Source: Nocardioidaceae bacterium
Lineage (GTDB): Bacteria > Actinomycetota > Actinomycetes > Propionibacteriales > Nocardioidaceae
Length of the DNA stretch: 31,802 nt
Assembly (NCBI GenBank): GCA_013696365.1
Contig: JACCYS010000337.1
Span: 1-31,802, forward strand
Reading direction: 5' to 3'
Shown here: positions 1 through 9,083 of the stretch, piece after piece
How the letters are laid out: each line of letters starts with the position of its first letter
Numbering within the stretch: position 1 is the first letter of the stretch
Position numbers and translations under genes: made by a program
Notes under the pieces: generated by a model
What the model was told of the DNA's origin: nothing
The model's database searches: none
Seen by the model: the letters and a program-made list of their open reading frames with translations, nothing else

Positions 1-147
1 GGCCTCGGTGGCAGCGCCATCGCGTTGGTGCGGTTCGTCGACGTAAAAGCTGTCGGCGACGCCTGCCGGTCGGCTTTCGCCGACTCCGGCTGGCGGGAGC
101 CCGCAGTGTTCGCGGTCGAGCCCGGCCCCGGCGCCGGCCCACTCTGA
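1..147 (+). CDS. galK: Galactokinase, 3' end (partial)
   Basis: Frame 1 reads GLGGSAIALV...GWREPAVFAVEPGPGA, resembling the GHMP-kinase motif 3 (G-F-G-G-S-A-I-A-L) and the typical actinobacterial GalK tail. TGA at 145-147. Confidence 0.7.
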   Translation, partial: GLGGSAIALVRFVDVKAVGDACRSAFADSGWREPAVFAVEPGPGAGPL

Positions 148-270
148 CGCGCACTCTGACGCCGTACGCCCCGTCCCCGCACGCCCGCACGCCCGCCACG
201 TAAACGTGGCTGACCAACCCTTTACGGGCGCGCATCCCCCGTGAGGGGTCGGCGCGGCACGTAAACGGGG
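140..270. repeat. Cluster of short tandem and palindromic repeats (REP-like) in the galK-GNAT spacer
   Basis: CACTCTGACGC(G/C) x2 at 140-163; CCCGCACG x2 plus variant at 176-200; perfect hairpin GCCACG-TAAA-CGTGGC at 195-210; CACGTAAA at 197 and 258 with inverted TTTACGGG at 221. Confidence 0.7.
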
Positions 271-306
271 CGCGCGTCCACCGGTAGCTGGCAGGCCGGA
301 GCGCGT

Positions 307-350
307 GGGTGGCGAAAGGTACGGGTGGCGAGAGGTACGGGTGGCGAAAG
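307..350. repeat. 16-bp tandem repeat, 2.75 copies
   Basis: GGGTGGCGAAAGGTAC (307-322), GGGTGGCGAGAGGTAC (323-338), GGGTGGCGAAAG (339-350). Confidence 0.9.
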
Positions 351-389
351 CCGGTTGCCGTCCAACCGCGCCGTGATGAGGATGAGCCC

Positions 390-1529
390 ATGTCACCTGA
401 CGTCGATGTGCCGGTGCTGAGCGACGGGGTCGTGACGCTGCGCGCCCGCAGCCTCGACGACGTCGACGAAGTCACCCGCATGTGCCGGGACCGGGAGAGT
501 CAGCGCTGGACGACCGTGCCGGTCCCCTATGGCCTAGGCGACGCCGAGCAGTTCATCGCCGAGATCACCCCCGCGGGCTGGCGCGCCCAGACAAACTTTG
601 GCTGGGCATTCGATGCACCGGACGACACCGGCGCAACGCGCTTCGCCGGCCACATCGACATCCGCGCCGGCGCTCGGCCGGACGTCGGGTTCATGCTGCA
701 CCCGTGGGCGCGGGGTCGGGGCGTGATGACCCGGGCGGTGCGGCTGGCGACCCGCTGGGCCTTCGACACGGCCGGGATTCCGGTCGTGCACTGGGAGGCC
801 CACGTCGGCAACCTCGACTCGTGGCGGGTCGCATGGGCTTGCGGGTTCACCTTTGCGGGCGAAGTGCCGGCGTACTCCCCACAGCGCGGCGAGCTGCGCG
901 ACGCCTGGCTGGCGACGCTGCGACCGACCGACGACGGCCGACCCCGTACGACCTGGTGGGACACGCCGGTGCTCGAGGGCGAGCGCGTACGGCTGCGACC
1001 ACACACCGACGCCGACCTGCCCCACATCGTCGAGGCGTGCAGCGATCCGCGCACGCGGCACTGGCTGCCGACGATGCCGCACCCGTACACCATCGACGAC
1101 GCACGCGGCTTCGTGCGGAACCACCGGTTGGACGGCTCCCTCGGCAAGGGCCTCACCTGGGCGGTGGCCGACCGAGATAGCGACCGGCTCCTTGGCGACA
1201 TCGGGTTCTTCCGGCTCGACGACGAGACGTGCCCGGGCAACTCGGAGGTGGGCTACTGGACGCACCCCGACGCACGGGGCCGTGGCGTCATCGGCGAGGC
1301 GGCGGAGCTGGCGCTGCGCCACGCCTTCACGCCGACCGCCGACGGCGGCCTCGGGCGGCACCGGGTGCAGCTAGGCGCCTCATGGAACAACACCGCCAGC
1401 CGGCACGTCGCGGAGCGGCTCGGTTTCACGCGGGTCGGCCGCTTCCGCCTCGACGGAGCCATCGGGGTGGACGACGACCAGGTGCACGAGGACGGCGCCT
1501 GGTACGACCTGCTTGCCACCGACCGCTGA
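390..1529 (+). CDS. Tandem two-domain GNAT N-acetyltransferase (RimJ/RimL-like), 379 aa
   Basis: Two similar halves, each with G(F/Y)(M/W)xHPxARGRGV and N-x-x-S motifs. Start moved to ATG 390 (GAGGA upstream) because the ORF-track N-terminus is translated tandem repeat. Confidence 0.85.
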   Translation: MSPDVDVPVLSDGVVTLRARSLDDVDEVTRMCRDRESQRWTTVPVPYGLGDAEQFIAEITPAGWRAQTNFGWAFDAPDDTGATRFAGHIDIRAGARPDVGFMLHPWARGRGVMTRAVRLATRWAFDTAGIPVVHWEAHVGNLDSWRVAWACGFTFAGEVPAYSPQRGELRDAWLATLRPTDDGRPRTTWWDTPVLEGERVRLRPHTDADLPHIVEACSDPRTRHWLPTMPHPYTIDDARGFVRNHRLDGSLGKGLTWAVADRDSDRLLGDIGFFRLDDETCPGNSEVGYWTHPDARGRGVIGEAAELALRHAFTPTADGGLGRHRVQLGASWNNTASRHVAERLGFTRVGRFRLDGAIGVDDDQVHEDGAWYDLLATDR

Positions 1530-1537
1530 TCTTGGCC

Positions 1538-1589
1538 AAAGTTGTCACCGGCACACGGTGTTAGCACACCGTACGCCAATGACAACTTT
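1538..1589. terminator. Long imperfect hairpin between convergent genes; probable bidirectional terminator
   Basis: AAAGTTGTCA (1538-47) pairs with TGACAACTTT (1580-89); inner stems GGC/GCC and ACGGTGT/ACACCGT around a TAGC loop. Confidence 0.65.
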
Positions 1590-2593
1590 TAGGTGCGGCG
1601 GGCGTCGAGCTCGTCGTTGATCGCCGGCACGATCTCGTGCAGGTCACCGATCACCGCATAGTGCGCCCGGGTGACCATCGGCGCGTCGGGGTCGGTGTTG
1701 ACCGCCAGGATCGTCTTTGCACTCGAGCAGCCTGCCCAGTGCTGGATGGCGCCGCTGATCCCGCAGGCGATGTAGAGGTCCGGCGATATCCGGCTGCCGG
1801 TCTGGCCGACCTGCTCGTGGTGCGGGCGCCAGCCGAGACTGGTCACCACCCGCGACACACCGACCGCGCCCCCCAGCAGCTCGCTGAGTCGCACCACGTC
1901 CTTGAACCCGTCGGCGCTGCCCGCCCCGCGACCGGCGCCGACCACGACCCGCGCCGAGGTCAGCGCACCGGATGCGTCCGGCACCTTCTCGCCGGTACGC
2001 ACCACCCGGGCAACCAGGTCGGCATCGGTCATCGTGGGCGAGAACTCGACGACCTCGGGAGTGGTGGCGGTCGCGGCCGCAGCCGGCTCCACCGCATGCC
2101 CGGCCACCGACAGCACCGCCACGGTGTCACCGAGTTGCATCTGCTCGAGCACGGCGCCGCCAACCACCTGCCGGGTCACGATCAGCGGGTCGCCGGGATC
2201 GGCACCCACGGCGTCGATCCCGACGACGTTCGCGGCCATCGCCACGTCCAGCCGGGTGGCGGTATGCGCCAGCACCTCGTTGCCACGGGGCGTGCCGGCC
2301 GCCAGCACGACAGCGGCACCGGCCGAGTGCGCGACGTCGACCAGCGCGGCGGCCCACGCAGCCGCGGAGTACGCGGTCAGCCGATCGTCGACGACGTGGT
2401 GCACCGACGCCACGCCCTGCTCGCCCAGCTGGGCCAGCACAACCGCGGGCGGCTCTTCACCTGGCCGGCCCACGGCAACCGCATGCAGCGGCACCCCCCC
2501 AGCCCGCTCGGCCAGGCCACGCCCGAAGGTCAGGGCCTCCTGCGAGACAACCAGGACGCCGTCGGCGTCGGTCTCCACCAACACGGCGATCAT
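1589..2593 (-). CDS. etfA: Electron transfer flavoprotein alpha subunit, 334 aa
   Basis: Starts MIAVLVETD with ATGA overlap to the etfB stop; FAD-binding motifs QVGQTG and LYIACGISGAIQH. Confidence 0.93.
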   Translation of the reverse strand: MIAVLVETDADGVLVVSQEALTFGRGLAERAGGVPLHAVAVGRPGEEPPAVVLAQLGEQGVASVHHVVDDRLTAYSAAAWAAALVDVAHSAGAAVVLAAGTPRGNEVLAHTATRLDVAMAANVVGIDAVGADPGDPLIVTRQVVGGAVLEQMQLGDTVAVLSVAGHAVEPAAAATATTPEVVEFSPTMTDADLVARVVRTGEKVPDASGALTSARVVVGAGRGAGSADGFKDVVRLSELLGGAVGVSRVVTSLGWRPHHEQVGQTGSRISPDLYIACGISGAIQHWAGCSSAKTILAVNTDPDAPMVTRAHYAVIGDLHEIVPAINDELDARRT

Positions 2594-3363
2594 CGCGACA
2601 CCATCCCCAGCTCCTCCAACAGGTCGACCACTGCGGGTGCAGCGTCGGCGCCCTGCCCGAGCACCTGCACCTGGCTGGGCTGCTCGGGCGGCAAGGTGAG
2701 CCGCACCCGTCCGGAGCCCACCGGCTCGATCTCGGCCGCGACCTGCTCGATCGCCACCTTTTTGGCCTTCATCCGCCCCATCACCGACGGGTAGCGCGGC
2801 GCCACCCCGCCCTCCATCACCGCGACCACGGCCGGGACTGGCAGCTCGAAGGTTTCCGGCCCGTCCGGCCCGTCGCCGTGCGCCACGACCAGGTCGCCTT
2901 CGACGGTGCAGGTCGCGATGCCGGTGACAACCGGCCGGGCCAGCGCGTACGCCAGCCGCACCGGCACCTGGAAGTCGCCGGTGTCGGCCGCGTCGTTGCC
3001 GAGCAGCACCAGCCCGTACGAGGTTCCCGCAGCCTCGTGCGCGCGCACCACCTCGGCGATGGCAGCAGCCACATCGACGGGGCCGAAGCGGTCGGTCTCG
3101 GCCTCGACCAGCACTGCCCGGTCGCAGCCGAGCGCCAGCGCGTCCCTCAGCTGTTCGATGGCGTCGGCCGACCCCACGGTCAGCACGGTCGCCGTACCGC
3201 CGGTGGCGCCGGCGACCTGGGTGGCCAGCTCGATCGCGCACTCCTCGTGCGCGCTGAGCGTCCAGCCCACGTGCCGGGCGTCGACGCGCTGCCCGTCGTC
3301 GGACAGCAGCACCTCACCTGAGGCGCCGGGCACCCGCTTGATGCACACCAGGACGTCGGTCAT
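2590..3363 (-). CDS. etfB: Electron transfer flavoprotein beta subunit, 257 aa
   Basis: VLVCIKRVP, ALALGCDRA, LLGNDAADTGDFQV, PRYPSVMGRMKAKK. ATG at 3363 in a TGATG overlap with the upstream gene (GTG at 3366 is an alternative). Confidence 0.93.
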   Translation of the reverse strand: MTDVLVCIKRVPGASGEVLLSDDGQRVDARHVGWTLSAHEECAIELATQVAGATGGTATVLTVGSADAIEQLRDALALGCDRAVLVEAETDRFGPVDVAAAIAEVVRAHEAAGTSYGLVLLGNDAADTGDFQVPVRLAYALARPVVTGIATCTVEGDLVVAHGDGPDGPETFELPVPAVVAVMEGGVAPRYPSVMGRMKAKKVAIEQVAAEIEPVGSGRVRLTLPPEQPSQVQVLGQGADAAPAVVDLLEELGMVSR

Positions 3364-5885
3364 CACTGCTCCCCCTTGATCCGCTCGTTGGTTGGGTCGA
3401 ACGGCGGTGTCGCGTCGGCGGTGGCCACCGTCACCGGGTAGCGCTCCTCCATGTAGCTCACCGCCAGCTGGGTGCCGACGACAGCCTGGTCCGGCGGCAG
3501 GTACGCCATCAGCAGGTGGGTGCCGAGCGACGGCGCCGAGCCGGCCGAGGTGACGTACGGGCGGTGCCCATGCCCGTCGACAAGCGGCTCACCGTCGTGG
3601 GCCAGGATCGGCTCCCCGCCGAGCATGAAGCGTCGCTGACCGCTTGCGGAGGTGTGGTCGTCGACGCTCAGGGTGCACAGCACCGTCGCCGGGTCGGCGG
3701 CGCGCTGCTTGAGGTAGGCCTCCCGGCCGACGAAGTCGGCGTCCTTGACCCGCGGGCGCATCATGCCGGCCTCAGGCACCGTCCGCTCGCTGTCGAGCTC
3801 GGCGCCCATCGCGCGGTAGCCCTTCTCCAGCCGCCCGGTGGTGGCGTAGACACCGATGCCCACCGGCACCGCACCGTGTGGTGCGCCCGCGGACAGCACC
3901 AGGTCCCACAGCCGGGCACCCTGCTCCATCGGCAGGTACAGCTCCCAGCCGAGCTCGCCGACGTAGGAGATGCGCGAGGCAAGCACCGACATGGTGTCGA
4001 TCTCGATGTCACGGCACCGGCCGAAGCCGAAACCGTCGTGGCTGATGTCAGCCGCCGTGATGGACCCCAGGATGTCTCGGGCTCGGGGACCCCACAGTCC
4101 GATCGTGGTGTACGCCGAAGTGAGGTCGACGACCTGCGCGCTGCCATCAGCCGGCATCGCGTCGACGAACGTCTTGCGGTCGACCATGCCGTGCGCGCCG
4201 CCGGTGACGACGCGGTAGTGGTCGTCGCCGAGCCGCATGATCGTCAGGTCGGACCGGAAGCCACCGCGCTGGTCGAGCACCGGGGTGTAGACCACCCGAC
4301 CGGGCGCGACGTCGGTCTGCGCCACCACGGCGTGCTGCACCGCACGGACCGCGGCTGACCCGACCACGTCGAAGATGGCAAATGCCGAGAGGTCGACGAC
4401 GCCGGCACGCTCGCGCATCGCCAGGTGCTCGGCGTTGATGATCGGCGACCACCAGCGCGAGTCCCACTCGTGCTCGCGGGGCAGCACCGCGTCACCGTAG
4501 TCACCCAGCAGCGCCTCGTTGCTGGCGTACCAGAAAGGGCGCTCCCAGCCGACGGCTTCGAAGAACACCGCACCGAGCTGTTGCTGGCTGGCGTGCATCG
4601 GCGCCAACCGCTTGTTGCGGTCGCTGGACCACTGCTCGCCGGGGTGCACGATGCCATAGGTCTTGTTGAACGCCTCGCTGGTGCGCGCCCGCACGTGCGC
4701 CCGGGTCTGCTGGTGGGGGTAGAAACGGGCAATGTCGGAGTGGCTGAGATCCACCTCGGGGGGGCCGTCGGTCATCCACTCCGCGACCAGTCGGCCGACC
4801 CCTGGGCCCTCCTTGACCCAGACGGCTGCGGCCGACCACAGGCCCTTGACCTCCGGCGTCTCGCCAAGGATCGGCGCGCCGTCCGGGGTCAGCGACAGCA
4901 GCCCGTTGATCGCGTAGCGGATCTCGGCCCCGTCCGCACCGAGCGCGTCGGGCATCAGCTCGAACGCCTGCTCCAGCTGCGGGTCGAAGTCGTCGGAGGT
5001 GAACGGCATCTCGGTCGGCGACAGTTTGGCCTGCTCGATCGACGGGATCTCGCCGACGTCGTGCAGGATCGCGCGGTGCGCGTACGAGCCGACCTCCATG
5101 TCCGCCCCGTGCTGACGCTCGTAGCAGAACGTGTCCATGTCCCGCACGATCGGGTACGAGATCTCACCCTCGCGGTCGGCCAGCTGCGGGATCGGCCCGA
5201 CGCTGATCATCTGGTGCACCGCGGGGGTGAGCGGGATGTGCGCCCCCGCCATCTCGGCCAGCGCCGGGCTCCAGACGCCGCAGGCGATGACGACGGTGTC
5301 CGCCTCGATGTCACCACCGCTCGTACGGACGCGGGTGATCCGGCCCCCCTCGACGTCCAAGCCGACGACCTCGACGGTGGCGACGACCTGCAGCGCACCG
5401 AGCTCCAGGGCACGTTCGCGCATGATCGTCCCCGCGCGCAGCGAGTCGACGACCCCGACTGACGGGGTCCAGAAGGCGCCGACGATGACCGACGGGTCGA
5501 GGAACGGCACCTGCTCGACCACCTGTTCGGGGCTGACCAGCTCGGACTGGATGCCCCAGGCCCGCGCCGACGACATCCGGCGGCGCAGCTCCTCCATCCG
5601 CTCCTCGCTGCGGGCCACCTCGAAGCCGCCGGACTGGGTGAACACGCCCATCTCGCGGTACTGCTCGACACTGTCCAGGGTCAGGTCGGTGATCTCGCGG
5701 GAATGGTCCACCGGGAAGATGAAGTTGGATGCGTGCCCGGTGGAGCCACCCGGGTTGGGCAGAGGTCCCTTGTCGATCTGCACGATGTCTCGCCAGCCCA
5801 GCTTGGCCAGGTGATAGACGAGGCTGTTGCCGACGATGCCGGCGCCGATCACCACCACCCGTGCACTGCTCGGAACCGTTGCCAT
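3363..5885 (-). CDS. Dimethylglycine dehydrogenase/oxidase family flavoprotein (DAO FAD domain plus GcvT folate-binding domains), 840 aa
   Basis: VIGAGIVG Rossmann motif; GGSTGHA with His at the position that carries covalent FAD in DMGO; GWERPFWY; ISYVGELGWE and RLEKGY GcvT motifs. Confidence 0.88.
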   Translation of the reverse strand: MATVPSSARVVVIGAGIVGNSLVYHLAKLGWRDIVQIDKGPLPNPGGSTGHASNFIFPVDHSREITDLTLDSVEQYREMGVFTQSGGFEVARSEERMEELRRRMSSARAWGIQSELVSPEQVVEQVPFLDPSVIVGAFWTPSVGVVDSLRAGTIMRERALELGALQVVATVEVVGLDVEGGRITRVRTSGGDIEADTVVIACGVWSPALAEMAGAHIPLTPAVHQMISVGPIPQLADREGEISYPIVRDMDTFCYERQHGADMEVGSYAHRAILHDVGEIPSIEQAKLSPTEMPFTSDDFDPQLEQAFELMPDALGADGAEIRYAINGLLSLTPDGAPILGETPEVKGLWSAAAVWVKEGPGVGRLVAEWMTDGPPEVDLSHSDIARFYPHQQTRAHVRARTSEAFNKTYGIVHPGEQWSSDRNKRLAPMHASQQQLGAVFFEAVGWERPFWYASNEALLGDYGDAVLPREHEWDSRWWSPIINAEHLAMRERAGVVDLSAFAIFDVVGSAAVRAVQHAVVAQTDVAPGRVVYTPVLDQRGGFRSDLTIMRLGDDHYRVVTGGAHGMVDRKTFVDAMPADGSAQVVDLTSAYTTIGLWGPRARDILGSITAADISHDGFGFGRCRDIEIDTMSVLASRISYVGELGWELYLPMEQGARLWDLVLSAGAPHGAVPVGIGVYATTGRLEKGYRAMGAELDSERTVPEAGMMRPRVKDADFVGREAYLKQRAADPATVLCTLSVDDHTSASGQRRFMLGGEPILAHDGEPLVDGHGHRPYVTSAGSAPSLGTHLLMAYLPPDQAVVGTQLAVSYMEERYPVTVATADATPPFDPTNERIKGEQ

Positions 5886-5903
5886 GGTCGACCCTCCCTG
5901 AGT

Positions 5904-5920
5904 GTTGCTCTATATGCAAC
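5904..5920. promoter_or_regulatory. Candidate IclR operator GTTGC-N7-GCAAC
   Basis: gtGTTGCtctatatGCAACac, 19 bp upstream of the dehydrogenase start; same motif upstream of betB. Confidence 0.75.
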
Positions 5921-5945
5921 ACCATGCGTAGTGCGAGACAGCCCA

Positions 5946-5974
5946 AGCATGGCGGTGGCGCCGAACCCCGTCAA
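5946..5974 (-). promoter_or_regulatory. Candidate housekeeping-sigma promoter for the dehydrogenase-etfBA operon
   Basis: Minus strand TTGACG-N17-CATGCT, placing the operator downstream of the predicted start site. Confidence 0.5.
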
Positions 5975-5992
5975 GGGCCGACGCCACCGTCC
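5951..5992 (-). terminator. GC-rich hairpin after the ABC operon
   Basis: Minus strand GACGGTGGCGTCGG...TCGGCGCCACCGCC stem 30 bp after the substrate-binding protein stop; no U-tract. Confidence 0.5.
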
Positions 5993-6022
5993 GCTACATC
6001 GTGCGCATGAATCAGGTCACCG

Positions 6023-7018
6023 TCAGGACGGCATCCAGCCCTCGACCTTGTCCGGGTTGTCCTCGATCCACTGCATTGCCGCATCCTCTGGCGCCATCCC
6101 GTCACTGGAGATCATCGCTGCCACGGCGTTCTGGTCCTCGTTGGTCCACTCGAAGTTCTTGACCACCTCGACCGCTGGGCTGCCCGAATCGGCCCATTCC
6201 GTCGACACGATCTTCTTCAGCTCGGTGACCGGGTAGTCGCAGTCGGCCGCCGAGGCCGGCTCCTGGCAGCCCGGGTCGTACGGCGGTAGGTCGACCTTGA
6301 CCAGCGGGACCTCCGACATGAACCACTGCGGCTCGTAGAAGTAGCCGATCAGCCATTCCTTGTTCTCCTCGGCCTTCTTGAACGCCGCGATCGACGCGGC
6401 CTCGCTGCTGGAGGAGACCACCTTGAAGTTCAGGTCGAGGTTCTTGACGATCGCCTCGTCGAACTGGACGTACGACGGGTCGCTGCCGAGGAACTGGCCC
6501 TGACCGCCGGACTCCGAGGTGGCGAAGTCCTCGGCGTACTGGTTGAGGTTCTCCCAGTCAGTGATGTCGGGGTGCTCCTTGGCCAGCCACGGCGGCACGT
6601 ACCACCCGATCACGCCCTGGTTGCCGTTCGGGCCGAAGTCCTCCGCGCTGCCGTCACCGCTCTTGGCGAAGTACTGCTTCTCCAGGTCGGGGTGTCCCCA
6701 GTCCTCGATCACGACGTCCACGTCGCCGGAGGAGAACCCTGCCCACGACACCTCCTCCTTGAGGTCGCGGTACTCCACCGTGCAGCCGAACTCGCTGGCG
6801 GCGAGCTCACCGACGACGTAGGCGCTGGCCTGGTAGCCGACCCATGGGTTGACCGCCATGTTGACGTCTCCGCACTCGGAGGCCTGGGAGTCGTCACCCC
6901 CGGCCCCAGAATCTGAACCCGATTGCTCGATGTCACCGCCGCCGCACGCCGACAGCACGAGCAACGCGCCCACGGCCGCAGCCGCGAGGGCTGGAGTCCG
7001 CTTTATTGGTCGTTTCAT
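6023..7018 (-). CDS. Glycine betaine/choline ABC transporter substrate-binding lipoprotein (ProX/OpuAC family), 331 aa
   Basis: Lipobox LSAC; NPWVGY, EDWG and GWYVP aromatic residues of ProX-type binders; last gene of the ABC operon. Confidence 0.85.
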   Translation of the reverse strand: MKRPIKRTPALAAAAVGALLVLSACGGGDIEQSGSDSGAGGDDSQASECGDVNMAVNPWVGYQASAYVVGELAASEFGCTVEYRDLKEEVSWAGFSSGDVDVVIEDWGHPDLEKQYFAKSGDGSAEDFGPNGNQGVIGWYVPPWLAKEHPDITDWENLNQYAEDFATSESGGQGQFLGSDPSYVQFDEAIVKNLDLNFKVVSSSSEAASIAAFKKAEENKEWLIGYFYEPQWFMSEVPLVKVDLPPYDPGCQEPASAADCDYPVTELKKIVSTEWADSGSPAVEVVKNFEWTNEDQNAVAAMISSDGMAPEDAAMQWIEDNPDKVEGWMPS

Positions 7019-7091
7019 GGCATCTCCTCTTCCTGGTGTGCCGGTTGTGGTGCTTGGTGGTGGGCTTGGTGGTGCACCGATCGGCTACGCA

Positions 7092-9083
7092 TCAGTGCAC
7101 GCCAGCCCCAGTACGCTCCGCCGCGCGACGGGTGACGCGGTCGAGCATGATGCCGAGGAACACGATCGCCGCTCCCGCCGCGATGCCCTTGCCGAAGAAC
7201 TCGCCCTGCGAGAAGCCGAGCACCGAGTCGTAGCCGAGCGCCCCCGCACCGACCAGGCCGCCGATGACCGTCATGGACAGCACGAACAGCAGGCCCTGGT
7301 TGGCGGCGAGGACCAGACCGCCGCGGGCCATCGGCAGCTGCACCCGGGTGATGACCTGCCACGGGGTGGAGCCAGCGGCGGTCGCCGCCTCCACCGTCGT
7401 CGGCGAGACGCCCTTGATGCCGTCGGCGACCAGCTTGATGGCGACCGGAGCGGCATAGATGACCGCGGCCACGATCGCCGTGAACCGGGTCGGCCCGAAC
7501 AGCAGCAGCGCCGGAATCAGATAGACGAACGGCGGCATCGTCTGGCCGGCGTCCAACACCGGACGGAGCACCGTGTCGACCGACGGTCGACGCGCCATCC
7601 AGACCCCCAGCACGACGGCTAGCACCATCACCAGCAGGGTGGCGACGAGCACCATCGTCAGCGTCACCATGGAGTCGTTCCAGAGGTCGGTGAGATAGAT
7701 GCCGGCCAGGCAGACACCCGCGGTGAGACACCCCCGCACACCGCCGAGCACGAGCGCGAATGCTGCGATCGCTACCGCCGCCAGCCACCACGGAGAGTTG
7801 GCCAGCAGGTCCTGCAGCGGGTTCAGCAGCAGGGCCGTGACCTGGTTCTTCACGCCCGAGGTGACCACGTCGAAGGTCGAGGTGACCCAGTCGGCGCCCG
7901 ACTGGACCGCGGCGGCGACTGACGAGCCGAGGTCGGTGTCGGGGAACTCGGCCGCCCACAGGTAGGTGCGCGACAGGTAGACCAGAACCAGCGCGGCTGC
8001 CCCGCTGACGGCGAGCACGATCCGGTGCCGGCGGACGTCTCGACCGCCGGCGCGGGCGACGGTCTCGGCGCGCACGCTCGCCGCGGTCGTCGTGCGGTCG
8101 AGCATCACCGCCATGATCACGATGCAGAAGCCGGCGACGAAAGCGGTGCCGACCTGCTGGGCCGACAGCGCCCGCAGGACCGGCTGGCCGAGGCCCGGGC
8201 CGTCGACGAAGGCTGCGATGGTGGCCATCGACAGCGCCGCCATCACGGTCTGGTTGATGCCCACGATGATGGTCTTCTTGGCCATCGGCAGCTGCACCTG
8301 CAGCAGCCGCTGCCGGCCCGTCTGCCCGAGCGAGTCGGTGGCCTCGAGCGTGCTGGCCGCGACCGAGCGGATCCCGTGCGCGGCGATCCGCACCACCGGT
8401 GCGAGGGCGTACAGAAACGTCGCGGCGACTGCAGCCGGCAGTCCAATGCCGAAGAACAAGGTGAGCGGCAGCAGGTAGATGAAGGCGGGCACGGTCTGCA
8501 GCACGTCCAGCACCGGCGTGAGCAGCGTCGTCACCGTCTTGCTGGTGGCCATCCACACCGCGAGCGGCAGCCCGATAGCCAGCGCGATCCCGACGGCGAA
8601 GAACGTGACGATCAGGGTGTCCAGGCTGTCCTCCCACAGGCCGAGCAGGCCAAAGGAGAGGAACGAAGCAACGACGAGCAGCGTGATCCGCCAGCCGGCG
8701 ATAGCGTGGCTCAGCCACGCCGCCACCGCGATGACCCCGAGCCAGCCGACCTGTGGCACTGGGCGCGGAAACGCCGGCTGCGCGACCAGCTCCTGCAGCC
8801 ACCCGCCGATGCTCGCGAGCAGGTCGGCCAGCACGCCGGTGACCTGCATCAGCACGTTGCTTTCCCGGCTGTCGATGAGGTCACCCTTGAGCCCGGTGAA
8901 CCAGTCGTGCAGCCCGGTGCGTCCCAGACCGGGCAGCGCCAGAGTGTCGTTGCCGCGCAGGCCCGCCCACGCCGCGATCCACAGCGCCAGCACCGCAACA
9001 CCGAGCAGCCAGCCCGGCGGCCGTCGCAGCAGCGAGCCGATCCCCTCGACACCTGAACCGCCGCGGACGGCTGTGACACTCAT
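7092..9083 (-). CDS. ABC permease with two fused ProW/OpuAB-type modules, 663 aa
   Basis: Duplicated PVLDxxQTxPxFxYLxP and EAA-loop/VQLPMA motifs; ATGA overlap with the ATPase. Confidence 0.9.
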   Translation of the reverse strand: MSVTAVRGGSGVEGIGSLLRRPPGWLLGVAVLALWIAAWAGLRGNDTLALPGLGRTGLHDWFTGLKGDLIDSRESNVLMQVTGVLADLLASIGGWLQELVAQPAFPRPVPQVGWLGVIAVAAWLSHAIAGWRITLLVVASFLSFGLLGLWEDSLDTLIVTFFAVGIALAIGLPLAVWMATSKTVTTLLTPVLDVLQTVPAFIYLLPLTLFFGIGLPAAVAATFLYALAPVVRIAAHGIRSVAASTLEATDSLGQTGRQRLLQVQLPMAKKTIIVGINQTVMAALSMATIAAFVDGPGLGQPVLRALSAQQVGTAFVAGFCIVIMAVMLDRTTTAASVRAETVARAGGRDVRRHRIVLAVSGAAALVLVYLSRTYLWAAEFPDTDLGSSVAAAVQSGADWVTSTFDVVTSGVKNQVTALLLNPLQDLLANSPWWLAAVAIAAFALVLGGVRGCLTAGVCLAGIYLTDLWNDSMVTLTMVLVATLLVMVLAVVLGVWMARRPSVDTVLRPVLDAGQTMPPFVYLIPALLLFGPTRFTAIVAAVIYAAPVAIKLVADGIKGVSPTTVEAATAAGSTPWQVITRVQLPMARGGLVLAANQGLLFVLSMTVIGGLVGAGALGYDSVLGFSQGEFFGKGIAAGAAIVFLGIMLDRVTRRAAERTGAGVH

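Noticed and set aside
1-12. GLGG instead of GFGG in GalK motif 3
   Set aside because: Conservative change at the window edge with upstream context missing.
140-350. CRISPR array
   Set aside because: Repeats are 8-16 bp, directly adjacent, with no unique spacers and no cas genes.
309-389. ORF-track N-terminal extension of the GNAT protein
   Set aside because: It is a translation of the 16-bp tandem repeat; ATG 390 has an SD and starts the domain.
1589-3241. 550-aa ORF suggesting an etfB-etfA fusion
   Set aside because: The upstream part is an off-frame reading of etfB; etfA starts at 2593 with a normal ATGA overlap.
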